Shown piece after piece: positions 27,971-35,638 of a stretch of 47,075 bases of DNA (its first letter is position 1; each line of letters opens with the position of its first letter). This DNA is from Leptospiraceae bacterium. Lineage in GTDB: Bacteria > Spirochaetota > Leptospiria > Leptospirales > Leptonemataceae. A program made the position numbers and the translations under genes. The DNA is taken from contig JAGRNE010000001.1 in NCBI GenBank assembly GCA_020440915.1, positions 1 through 47,075 of the forward strand, written 5' to 3'. Below the pieces are notes generated by a model. The model had not been told where the DNA came from, ran no database searches, and saw only the letters and a program-made list of their open reading frames with translations.

Positions 27971-28591
27971 CTATTGCAGTATGCTTCGAAAACCCTTGCT
28001 ATGGAAGACGATGTGGTCAAGCACCGGAATTCCCATCATCTCTCCGCAATCCTGTAACCTGGACGTAATTCGCCGATCCTCTTCGCTGGGTTCCAGGTCG
28101 CCGGAAGGATGATTATGGGCTACAATGAGGCTCGCCGCCCGATCCGCTACAGCAGGTGCGAAAACCTCCCTGGGATGAATGAGCGTGCGGTTTACCAGGC
28201 CTATGGTGATGGTATGCCTTCGAATCAATGCCCCGTTTCCGGCCAGCGTCAAAGCCAGGAAATGCTCCTGGTTTCGGTCGCCCAGATGTCGAATACATTG
28301 AAAGGCATCCTCCGGGCCTGCCACGGGCGGCGCCGAACCATGCTTTCTGCGACCGAATTCAAGCATGGCCAGAAGCATGGCGGCCCGAGCATTATGGATG
28401 CCATCCAGGCCGCAAAGAGTGTGCAGATCGGGGCCCGGATTCTGATCCAGAATCTTAAGCAGGGAAGTAGCCAGCGGGGCCAGACGTTTCCTCCGGCTAC
28501 CCCTTCCCAGGATGAGCATTAGCAACTCTTTGTCCGAGAGTCGCTCTACACCGTACTGAAGAAGTTTTTCTCGTGGCCCATCTGCAATCAC
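27971..28591 (-). CDS. radC: RadC-family JAB-domain protein
   Basis: N-terminal REKLLQYGVERLSDKELLMLILGRGS (HhH-like). JAMM motif HNHPSGDLEPSEEDRRIT. Confidence 0.9.
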   Translation of the reverse strand: MIADGPREKLLQYGVERLSDKELLMLILGRGSRRKRLAPLATSLLKILDQNPGPDLHTLCGLDGIHNARAAMLLAMLEFGRRKHGSAPPVAGPEDAFQCIRHLGDRNQEHFLALTLAGNGALIRRHTITIGLVNRTLIHPREVFAPAVADRAASLIVAHNHPSGDLEPSEEDRRITSRLQDCGEMMGIPVLDHIVFHSKGFRSILQ

Positions 28592-28722
28592 AGTTTCTAT
28601 CTGTGGCAGAGAATAAAATCGTTCGCAAAAGAAAGTGGTGGGCCAGAGTCCGGATTTGAAGCAGCGGCGATTCCTGGATGCGAATCAATTTCATGTTTCA
28701 CCGGCACCTCTGCCAGGCGATG

Positions 28723-29562
28723 CTACTTGCGGGACTTCTTTGCTTTCTTTTTTGCTGTTCGAGGGGCGTTCTTGCGAACCGCCTTTTTTGTGCTGGAAGG
28801 GCGCGCCTGAACCTGAGGTCTTGCAACGGCCCCTTCCGGTTCCGGGCCTTGGGCGGCCATATGAGTGGCGGTTACCGGGAATGGATGTTCCCGATTCATG
28901 TGCTCGATGATGGTTTCTCCGACGTCTCGGCTAAAGAGCAAGTTCATTCGACCCGGCCAGTCCAGGATTAGATCCCGTCCCTGTCCGAAACGCGCCAGAT
29001 TGCCTGGAACGATCCATTCATCTTTCCAGGGGACAAAAGGAGAAAAGGATGGAAAGAGCAGAGCATTCATTCGATTGATCAGCAAATATTCGCTTCCAGG
29101 CGTCATGTCATGAAAGGCGGGGATGAAAGGAAGCCAGTTCAACAGTGTAGTCCCATGAAACGGGGCGCCCATGGTTACCAGGTACTTGATTCTCTGGCGC
29201 CCTGGATCGGGCAGGCCGAGCGAAGCCAGACCGCCGGATCCATGACAGAGCAGCGTGGCCTGATGCACATTCCATTTCTCCAGGTTGGACGACAGAGTCC
29301 GGGCATGTACCCGAAATCCTTTGAGAGGATTAAAGCCGGAATGAATGTAAACGCTGTAGCCATTTTTCTTCAGTCTTTGCATCAGAAGAAAATAAAACAG
29401 TGGCGAGGTGAGCAGATCCGTGACGATGATAATAGTGCCCCGTCTTCCTCGTTTGAAAGCGGGCAGGGGAAAGGGCAGCAGGAGGAAAATGAGCTGTAAT
29501 ATAAGCAGCAGAGTTTCCAGAGTCCAGCCAAGAATCAATCTCAATCGAGACACAGGCTCCAT
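28723..29562 (-). CDS. Membrane-anchored alpha/beta-hydrolase (lipase-like) with polybasic C-terminal tail
   Basis: N-terminal TM (LLLILQLIFLLLPFPL). Nucleophile-elbow-like LLCHGSGGLASL. C-terminal tail AVRKNAPRTAKKKAKKSRK. I chose the start at ATG 29562 because longer versions overlap the divergent gene at 29605. Confidence 0.65.
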   Translation of the reverse strand: MEPVSRLRLILGWTLETLLLILQLIFLLLPFPLPAFKRGRRGTIIIVTDLLTSPLFYFLLMQRLKKNGYSVYIHSGFNPLKGFRVHARTLSSNLEKWNVHQATLLCHGSGGLASLGLPDPGRQRIKYLVTMGAPFHGTTLLNWLPFIPAFHDMTPGSEYLLINRMNALLFPSFSPFVPWKDEWIVPGNLARFGQGRDLILDWPGRMNLLFSRDVGETIIEHMNREHPFPVTATHMAAQGPEPEGAVARPQVQARPSSTKKAVRKNAPRTAKKKAKKSRK

Positions 29563-29604
29563 GTAGGACTCAAAACCATTCTGTGTCGCAATTAGCAACA
29601 AGTT

Positions 29605-30060
29605 ATGAACTCCACCGTGCATTTTATACTGAAAGGAATGATGGATCGGCCCATGATCGAATCCATTCTGGAAGAAATGGCTGCTCGACCCTACATCCAC
29701 TACCGGGCGGACGCTGCATCTCTGTATTCAGTGGATTTTGCTTCTGCCTGTCTTCTCAAAGACCAGGTGGAAAGAATGGAAGGCCAGCTTGCTATTTTGA
29801 ATCTGAATGCAGAATGTAGAGTGGCGCTGCAATATTGTGGCTGGAATCTCCATGACGGTGTGGCGCTGGCCACCCGCGCCCCGGCATCTTCCGAAAGCGA
29901 AAACGTCATCTCTGCATCGCAGGCCCGCTGTCCGGAATGCGGCAAGTCTTTACAGGTTGAAGGCGCCGGGCTTTACGGTTGCCCGGTATGCGGCTGTCGA
30001 TTTCATTCGGATATCCGTGGCAGGACCACTCCCTATGAATCGCTGGGTATTTCGAAATAG
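29605..30060 (+). CDS. STAS-like domain fused to a C-terminal CxxC...CxxC zinc ribbon (hypothetical)
   Basis: 151 aa. The N-terminal about 90 aa has a STAS-like pattern (FILKG...ADAASLYSVDFASACLL...GQLAILNLNAECRVALQYCG). C-terminal CPECGKSLQVEGAGLYGCPVCG. Confidence 0.5.
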   Translation: MNSTVHFILKGMMDRPMIESILEEMAARPYIHYRADAASLYSVDFASACLLKDQVERMEGQLAILNLNAECRVALQYCGWNLHDGVALATRAPASSESENVISASQARCPECGKSLQVEGAGLYGCPVCGCRFHSDIRGRTTPYESLGISK

Positions 30061-31435
30061 AACCTTCTTTCTAGTATCCGTTGCGATATTCTTCTCTTCT
30101 TATGCATTGATCCGCGCGGAACGCTTTGGCGGATTCTCTTCGCTCATCGGATTTGGCTGCTTGCAGGATTCCGTTTGCTTTGCCCGTTTAAACAGTCATG
30201 TAATCCCGGAGCATGCGGCGGTATTTCCCACCGGCGGCTACGATGGCCAGTTCTATTACTATGTGGCCGCGGGCCTTTACGGGAATCAGGATATCCTGGA
30301 TCTTTCCAGCGCATTGAAAGATTCGCCGGGATCAGGGCGCATATTTGTAGATAGCCTGGGTTTTCGCATCCCTCGAATAGGATTTCCGCTCCTCTCGGGC
30401 TGGCTTTTTCTTTTTGGCGCCAGCGCGCTGTCCTTCGGCATGCCTGTGCTGTTGCTTCTTTCGCATCTGCTTTCTTGCTGGTTTCTGTTTCGCATGCGAC
30501 CGTCGGCCGCATGGCTCTATGGCTTCAATCCGGTAAGCCTGCTTTCTTTCGGATTGAACCTGGCCGAACCTCTGGCCATGTCTCTTGCCATTTTCGCCTC
30601 CATTGCCATGATTCGCCCGGGAGGCATGACTGGATCTGCTGGAAACGCGTTTCGATGGTGGTCTGCTCTTCTGGCGCTCTTTCTGGCATTGATCAGCAAA
30701 GAGACGATGTTTGTGCCTGGCGTTGCGCTGGGATGGCTTTTTCTGCTTTCTGCATGGAATCGATCGGCGGCGATGGGAACTGGCATCAAGCAGTTGATGA
30801 GTCCGCCGGGTCCGGTGGATCCAGCCGGGGTGGGTCGCCAGAAAGACCGGAGCGGCGCCGTGGCAGGATTGTATGCCATCGCTTCCTACTGGTCGCTTCC
30901 TTTCTGGATTTTCCTGGCCGGACTGGCCGCTCTTATATGGTACTACATTGCCGGCTTCTTCTCCGGCGAAAGCGCAGCAGGAAAGCTTCAAATTCCCTTC
31001 CTGGGACTTATGGACTTCCTGCGAAGCGGCCAGGGACTTTCCGGCGGGCGGGGATTGCTGGTTCTGGGTATTTTCTGGATGGCAATTCTTGTGCTTTACT
31101 TTGCGGTGCATTTGGTCCTGCGAATGAGGGCCGAAGTCTCTTCATTGTCGGATCAGGGCAGGCAGAAGGGGAAAGCCGGCAATGGACGCAGAACAGGAAC
31201 TGCATTGCTGGAACGAAGGTTGGTCTTTCCCGGATTGGTATTGAACCTGCTATTGATCTCTTTCGCCAGCGCCGAGGAATACTGGCTTACTTTCGCCAAT
31301 ATCGTCCGGCTCTTTGCGCCAGCTTTTCTGCTTATGGCCTTTGTTCGAAAGCGCCTGCTATTTCGGGTATCGGCGGGCTGGACGATTCTGGTCAGCTTCC
31401 TTCTATGGTGGAATGACTTTCGTCATCTGATTTGA
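30035..31435 (+). CDS. Polytopic membrane protein (GT-C-like / surface glycopolymer-related?, tentative)
   Basis: 466 aa from ATG 30035, overlapping the preceding gene by 26 nt. About 10 or more hydrophobic segments. An early GGYDGQFYYYVAAGL motif. The ORF-track extension back to 29807 overlaps the STAS-like gene and looks non-coding. Confidence 0.6.
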   Translation: MNRWVFRNRTFFLVSVAIFFSSYALIRAERFGGFSSLIGFGCLQDSVCFARLNSHVIPEHAAVFPTGGYDGQFYYYVAAGLYGNQDILDLSSALKDSPGSGRIFVDSLGFRIPRIGFPLLSGWLFLFGASALSFGMPVLLLLSHLLSCWFLFRMRPSAAWLYGFNPVSLLSFGLNLAEPLAMSLAIFASIAMIRPGGMTGSAGNAFRWWSALLALFLALISKETMFVPGVALGWLFLLSAWNRSAAMGTGIKQLMSPPGPVDPAGVGRQKDRSGAVAGLYAIASYWSLPFWIFLAGLAALIWYYIAGFFSGESAAGKLQIPFLGLMDFLRSGQGLSGGRGLLVLGIFWMAILVLYFAVHLVLRMRAEVSSLSDQGRQKGKAGNGRRTGTALLERRLVFPGLVLNLLLISFASAEEYWLTFANIVRLFAPAFLLMAFVRKRLLFRVSAGWTILVSFLLWWNDFRHLI

Positions 31436-31575
31436 GCCAGTCCTTTGTTCGTTGAGCATTTATCCCGGAAAACGGTGCCAGTAAATGCATGGCTGCATTT
31501 TCGGGGCCTATTCGACGGTAGTGCCCGGTTGTGTATGGATGTGAAGATCAGCGACGACGATCGGCCCGAAACGTT

Positions 31576-32205
31576 TCAGGTAAGAATGGCGCCAAGCCAC
31601 TGACCGAAATCCTGCATTTCTTCCTGGCAGATTTGATGTCCCATGGGATAATCCCTCCAGTCCAGTTTGTAGCCAGATTCCGAGAGTTCATTGGCATGCT
31701 CCTCGGATGTCTGAAAGGGTAGCACATCGTCGTAAAGTCCGTGGGTCATGAAAATGGGAGTCTTCTTGCTCTCTTCTGTGCTTTCGCTCAGTCCGCCGAA
31801 CAGATAGCCGGATAAGGCTCCCATGCCAGCCAGAGGCACATCCTGGCGGATGCCAGTGTACAGGCTGACAACGGCGCCCTGGCTGAAGCCGGAAAGCACA
31901 ATCTGATCGGTGGGTATGCCTTCTTCGTTCTCCAGGTGGGCGAAGACCTGCTGCAGAAGCGTCCTGGACTTCTTTAGCCCGGTCTCCTGCTGACCGTCCA
32001 GGTCATACCATTTCCAGCCCACAACGTATTCATCGGGGGCGTTCAAGAAAAGATAGGATATGCGAGATCCGAGAAGAAAGGAGGGGAAATCAAAGAAAGA
32101 CTCCATGCGATCGCCCAGTCCATGCATGACAATGAGCAATCCGGAGTCTTTTCTATCGGCCGGCAGAAAATGATTTCTAAGAGGCAGGCCTGCAATAGGC
32201 TTCAT
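31576..32205 (-). CDS. Phospholipase/carboxylesterase-family serine hydrolase (Abhydrolase_2)
   Basis: LIVMHGLGD near the N-terminus, nucleophile elbow GFSQGA, downstream MTHGLYDDVLP and a His near the C-terminus (YPMGHQI). Confidence 0.85.
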   Translation of the reverse strand: MKPIAGLPLRNHFLPADRKDSGLLIVMHGLGDRMESFFDFPSFLLGSRISYLFLNAPDEYVVGWKWYDLDGQQETGLKKSRTLLQQVFAHLENEEGIPTDQIVLSGFSQGAVVSLYTGIRQDVPLAGMGALSGYLFGGLSESTEESKKTPIFMTHGLYDDVLPFQTSEEHANELSESGYKLDWRDYPMGHQICQEEMQDFGQWLGAILT

Positions 32206-32339
32206 TACTCAGAATCTTCCAGATCCTTGAATCCCGTTCCTCGTCGATGAGCCTGCTTGGCTTTGCTGCGCAAAGCTCGGGCTTCTCGTTTTTTCTGCAG
32301 TCGCTTTCGAACGGACAATTTCGTTTTCAGCTTCTTCAC
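32205..32339 (-). CDS. Unannotated 44-aa highly basic small ORF, apparently translationally coupled to the esterase gene
   Basis: GTG at 32339 is preceded by AAGGAG (32346-32351) at 6-nt spacing. Product: (M)KKLKTKLSVRKRLQKKREARALRSKAKQAHRRGTGFKDLEDSE. The stop TAA shares one nt with the esterase ATG (GAGTAATGAA). It is too short for the supplied ORF track. Confidence 0.5.
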   Translation of the reverse strand: MKKLKTKLSVRKRLQKKREARALRSKAKQAHRRGTGFKDLEDSE

Positions 32340-32354
32340 TTTGGGCTCCTTAGA

Positions 32355-32410
32355 GGTACGCTCGAAGCGATACCTCGTGTATCGCTTCTCCCGTGATCTT
32401 TTTGCGGTCC
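32355..32410 (+). repeat. Structured intergenic repeat, copy B1
   Basis: 46/56 identical to copy B2, which lies 106 nt downstream. It contains a perfect 10-bp stem GAAGCGATAC-CTCGT-GTATCGCTTC (32364-32388) and GGTCC-TTT-GGACC (32406-32418). Confidence 0.7.
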
Positions 32411-32460
32411 TTTGGACCTCGCGATCATCCTGATCGCACCAGAACGCTTAGTGTTCTGGT

Positions 32461-32516
32461 GGTACGCTCGCCCCAATATCTCGTGTATCGGTGCTCCCGT
32501 GAACTTTTTGCGGCGC
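32461..32516 (+). repeat. Structured intergenic repeat, copy B2
   Basis: GGTACGCTCG...CTCGTGTATCG...CTCCCGTGA.CTTTTTGCGG is shared with B1. The first hairpin is partly degraded. The second hairpin GGCGC-TCC-GCGCC (32512-32524) matches the hairpin of copy A (GGCGC-TAC-GCGCC). Confidence 0.7.
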
Positions 32517-32630
32517 TCCGCGCCTTGCGGGCAGGCGCTTTGCCGGGCCGAAATCTCGGCCTACACCTACGGAATCTTCCAGAATTTGCAATCCGCTATA
32601 CAGGGCAAGTCGGTTTTTTTGGCTGGCTGT

Positions 32631-33782
32631 ATGAATACCTGGCTGGAGATCAGCAGAGGGGCCGTGGAGCAATCGGTGATGAATTACCGGAAGATGGCTC
32701 CAGGCAGCGCTTTCTTCGGCGTTGTAAAATCCAATGCTTACGGCCACGGATTGCAGGAGATGACGGAGATCCTGAAGCCCCTGCATGCAAGGGGCGATGT
32801 GTCCGGGCTGGCCGTAAATGCAGTCTTCGAAGCCCTGGCCCTTCGGAGTTTTGGCTACACAGGGACTGTGCTCATAATGGGCCGAAACGGCGACGAGGAT
32901 TACAGAGACATTCCCGAGTCTGAATCCGACTTTCATATGGTGTTGTCCACGGTTGACGACATAAGAGCCCTGCAATCCATCCGACCTTTGCCGTTTCATT
33001 TAAAGGTTGATACCGGAATGAGCCGTCTGGGATTGCATGGAAAAGCCTTTGAGGAAGTGCTGGATTTCCTCTCCAGCCGTCCGTCATTGCCCTGGCGCGG
33101 TCTGATGACACACTTTGCCAACGTCGAAGATGTAATGGATCAGGGCTATGGGCGAATGCAACTGGCGCGTTTTGAGCAGGCCATGGACAGGGCCCGGGCC
33201 GTATTTCGGACCTCCGGATTTACCGGAGAGCTCATCTGTCATAGCGCCGCCAGCGCTCCGGCCATGTTGCTTCCAGAATCCAGGCAGCACTGGATCCGGG
33301 TTGGGATTTCGCTCTATGGCTTCTGGCCCTCCAGCTCGACGCGGCTTTCGGCCCGTACAGTTTTTGCAGAAATGCCCGAGTTTCGGCCTGCTCTTGCCTG
33401 GAAATCCCGGGTTGTGCATATAAACCGCGTTGAGGCCGGCACTGACGTGGGCTATGGCTGCACCTTTCGCACCCCGGCTCCAACGACCATCGCCGTGATT
33501 CCTGTGGGATACTATGAGGGATACGATCGCTCCCTTTCCAATCGGGCCCATGTGTTGATTCGCGGGAAGCGAGCCCAGATTCTGGGCCGGGTATGCATGA
33601 ATATGATCATGGTGGACGTTACTTCCATCCCGGAATGTGAGCCTGGCGATGTGGCGACGTTGATTGGTCTGGATGGACAGGAATCCATAAGCGCCGATGA
33701 GCTGGCGGATCTGGCAGGCACCATCAACTACGAGGTTGTGACCAGAATAGAGCCAGGCATTCCACGGATTATTGTGGACTGA
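32631..33782 (+). CDS. alr: Alanine racemase
   Basis: From ATG 32631: MNTWLEISRGAVEQSV...FFGVVKSNAYGHG (PLP-Lys motif). C-terminal GRVCMNMIMVDVT and INYEVVTRI. The ORF-track extension from 32412 crosses the repeat region. Confidence 0.92.
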   Translation: MNTWLEISRGAVEQSVMNYRKMAPGSAFFGVVKSNAYGHGLQEMTEILKPLHARGDVSGLAVNAVFEALALRSFGYTGTVLIMGRNGDEDYRDIPESESDFHMVLSTVDDIRALQSIRPLPFHLKVDTGMSRLGLHGKAFEEVLDFLSSRPSLPWRGLMTHFANVEDVMDQGYGRMQLARFEQAMDRARAVFRTSGFTGELICHSAASAPAMLLPESRQHWIRVGISLYGFWPSSSTRLSARTVFAEMPEFRPALAWKSRVVHINRVEAGTDVGYGCTFRTPAPTTIAVIPVGYYEGYDRSLSNRAHVLIRGKRAQILGRVCMNMIMVDVTSIPECEPGDVATLIGLDGQESISADELADLAGTINYEVVTRIEPGIPRIIVD

Positions 33783-33873
33783 CAGATCCGCCGACCCGGG
33801 CAGATAGCCCGGCCTGTCAAAAAAAGTGAGCGGAAAATCACAACCCGGCATTGCGATACTGCGTCCAACCTGC

Positions 33874-34500
33874 ATGCGTGGTCTCTGCCCTTTTCCATAT
33901 CTTTCTGGAATGGTATTCTGGATGATTCTGGCATTCCCTGCAGCGCACTCCCTGGGCGCGCGGGACATGGATGTTTCCTTTTATCGCGGACAATTCACGA
34001 GCACAACCCTGGGAAACATTCTACTTCAGGCAGACACCGACTATAAGCCTTCTTACATCCTTACAGGAGCTGTGTCTTCTCCGGCTCCCATTGCATTCTT
34101 TGGTTTGCCCACCGAATGGGAAGGGCAGGTAGTAAAGCATTCCGGTTCCCAGAAACATCTGGAATTCAACGCTGTGCTCATGGCGCGCATAGGAAATAGC
34201 CTGGATTTTTCCGGACTGCCCATCAGCTTCGCAGTAGGCGAAGGCATTTCCCTGGCTTCCAGAAATCCTGACCTGGAGAATCCACGTAGCTTTTACGGGA
34301 TGAACGGGCAGTCCGAGTATTCCCAGAATTTTCTCAACTATCTTGTCTTCGAAGTAGAGCTCGGTTTGCCACTGGACGCTTATGAGCCTCGTGCCTTTAT
34401 TCGCCTGCACCATCGTAGCGGTATCTATGGGACCTTCTGTCCCCGTACCTGTGGCAGCAACTACGTTGCCTATGGAGTAAAGTTCTCGCCCTTTGAATAG
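33874..34500 (+). CDS. Outer-membrane acyloxyacyl hydrolase / lipid A deacylase (PagL)-like protein (tentative)
   Basis: Signal peptide. Alternating beta-strand-like sequence. C-terminal IRLHHRSGIYG...GSNYVAYGVKFSPFE resembles the PagL-family HxS...N...F ending. The start is ambiguous (33874 or 33910). Confidence 0.45.
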   Translation: MRGLCPFPYLSGMVFWMILAFPAAHSLGARDMDVSFYRGQFTSTTLGNILLQADTDYKPSYILTGAVSSPAPIAFFGLPTEWEGQVVKHSGSQKHLEFNAVLMARIGNSLDFSGLPISFAVGEGISLASRNPDLENPRSFYGMNGQSEYSQNFLNYLVFEVELGLPLDAYEPRAFIRLHHRSGIYGTFCPRTCGSNYVAYGVKFSPFE

Positions 34501-34518
34501 AATCTTTTACGCTGACCC

Positions 34519-35613
34519 GTGGCCCGTGCGACCATAATTATTCCTTTCAAAGATGCGGCCAGCACCATAGAAGATTGCCTGGAATCTGTTTCGCGTCAGA
34601 CCGAGGCCGATTTCGAAGCTCTTTTTATCGATGATGGCTCCACCGATGCAAGCCCTGCAATTGTAGCGGAGGCAGCGCGAAAGGACAGTCGAATCTGCCT
34701 GCTTGCCAATCCCGGGGCCGGCCTTGTATCGGCGTTGAACTCAGGTATACAGAAAGCCTCGGCAGAAGCACTGATTCGCATGGATGCGGACGATATCATG
34801 CATCCAGCTCGACTGGAGTTGCAACTGGAGCATCTGCGTTCGGTGGATATTTCTTCGTGTCAGGTGGCATTGATAGGTTCTGCAGGCGCAGGAATGAAGG
34901 AGTACATTCGCTGGCAGAATTCTCTGCTAAGCGAAAGCCAGATCCGTGCGCATCGCTATGTGGAGTGCCCGGTACTGCATCCCACCATCGCTTTTCGCGC
35001 CTCCCTGCTGCCACAGAATGGCATGCTTTATTCGGAAGGGCCATTTCCGGAAGACTATGAACTTGTGCTTCGCTGGATAAATCTGGGTTGCAGCATCCAG
35101 AAAGTGCCAGAAACGCTGCTCCAGCATCGATGCCATGACAGACAGCTTTCGCGCCTGGACCCTCGATACAATCGCTCCGCCTTTCATGAACTAAGGAAGC
35201 GATTCCTCCGAGACGATACCTGGCTACAGAATCGGCTGCAGGAGAAGCCTGCCGTTGTGTGGGGGGCTTCCAGGCAATCCAGAAGAAGATTCGAGGATCA
35301 TTTCCCCGGTCTACAGCCTGCCTACTTTGTGGACATCAAACCTTCTTTGCTGGCAGCCCATCGGATGTCGGTGGGCTGCGCCCGGCTATCCTCGGAGCGT
35401 GCTTCGCCGAACGCCGGCCCGGGTCAGATCGCGGGGGAGGGGCAGCAGCCATGGACTATGCCAGGTGTCCGGAGTCCGGAGCAATTGTTTGCCGATGCTT
35501 CCCGGCCTTTTGTGCTGGTGTACGTGAACTCCAGGGGTGCCCGGCCCATTATCGAATCGGCTCTTGACAAGAATGCGTACAGTGCAGGGGAAGATTACAT
35601 TTGCATTGGATGA
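34519..35613 (+). CDS. Family 2 glycosyltransferase with about 140-aa C-terminal extension
   Basis: GTG start. TIIIPFKDAASTIEDCLESVSRQT...FIDDGSTD (GT-A DxD region) and RMDADDI. Confidence 0.8.
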   Translation: MARATIIIPFKDAASTIEDCLESVSRQTEADFEALFIDDGSTDASPAIVAEAARKDSRICLLANPGAGLVSALNSGIQKASAEALIRMDADDIMHPARLELQLEHLRSVDISSCQVALIGSAGAGMKEYIRWQNSLLSESQIRAHRYVECPVLHPTIAFRASLLPQNGMLYSEGPFPEDYELVLRWINLGCSIQKVPETLLQHRCHDRQLSRLDPRYNRSAFHELRKRFLRDDTWLQNRLQEKPAVVWGASRQSRRRFEDHFPGLQPAYFVDIKPSLLAAHRMSVGCARLSSERASPNAGPGQIAGEGQQPWTMPGVRSPEQLFADASRPFVLVYVNSRGARPIIESALDKNAYSAGEDYICIG

Positions 35614-35638
35614 TTGCTTCTTTGCGGCGGCGTCACAG

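Noticed and set aside
27971-28591. RadC as a marker of a mobile element or anti-restriction island.
   Set aside because: There is no integrase, transposase, tRNA target, direct repeat or phage/conjugation gene nearby. The full-length HhH plus JAB architecture fits the chromosomal housekeeping radC.
31483-31500. AT-rich hairpin AAATGCA-TGGC-TGCATTT between the convergent membrane-protein and esterase genes, as a terminator.
   Set aside because: The 7-bp stem is mostly A/T, predicted stability is low, and the T run is part of the stem. It is only marginally terminator-like.
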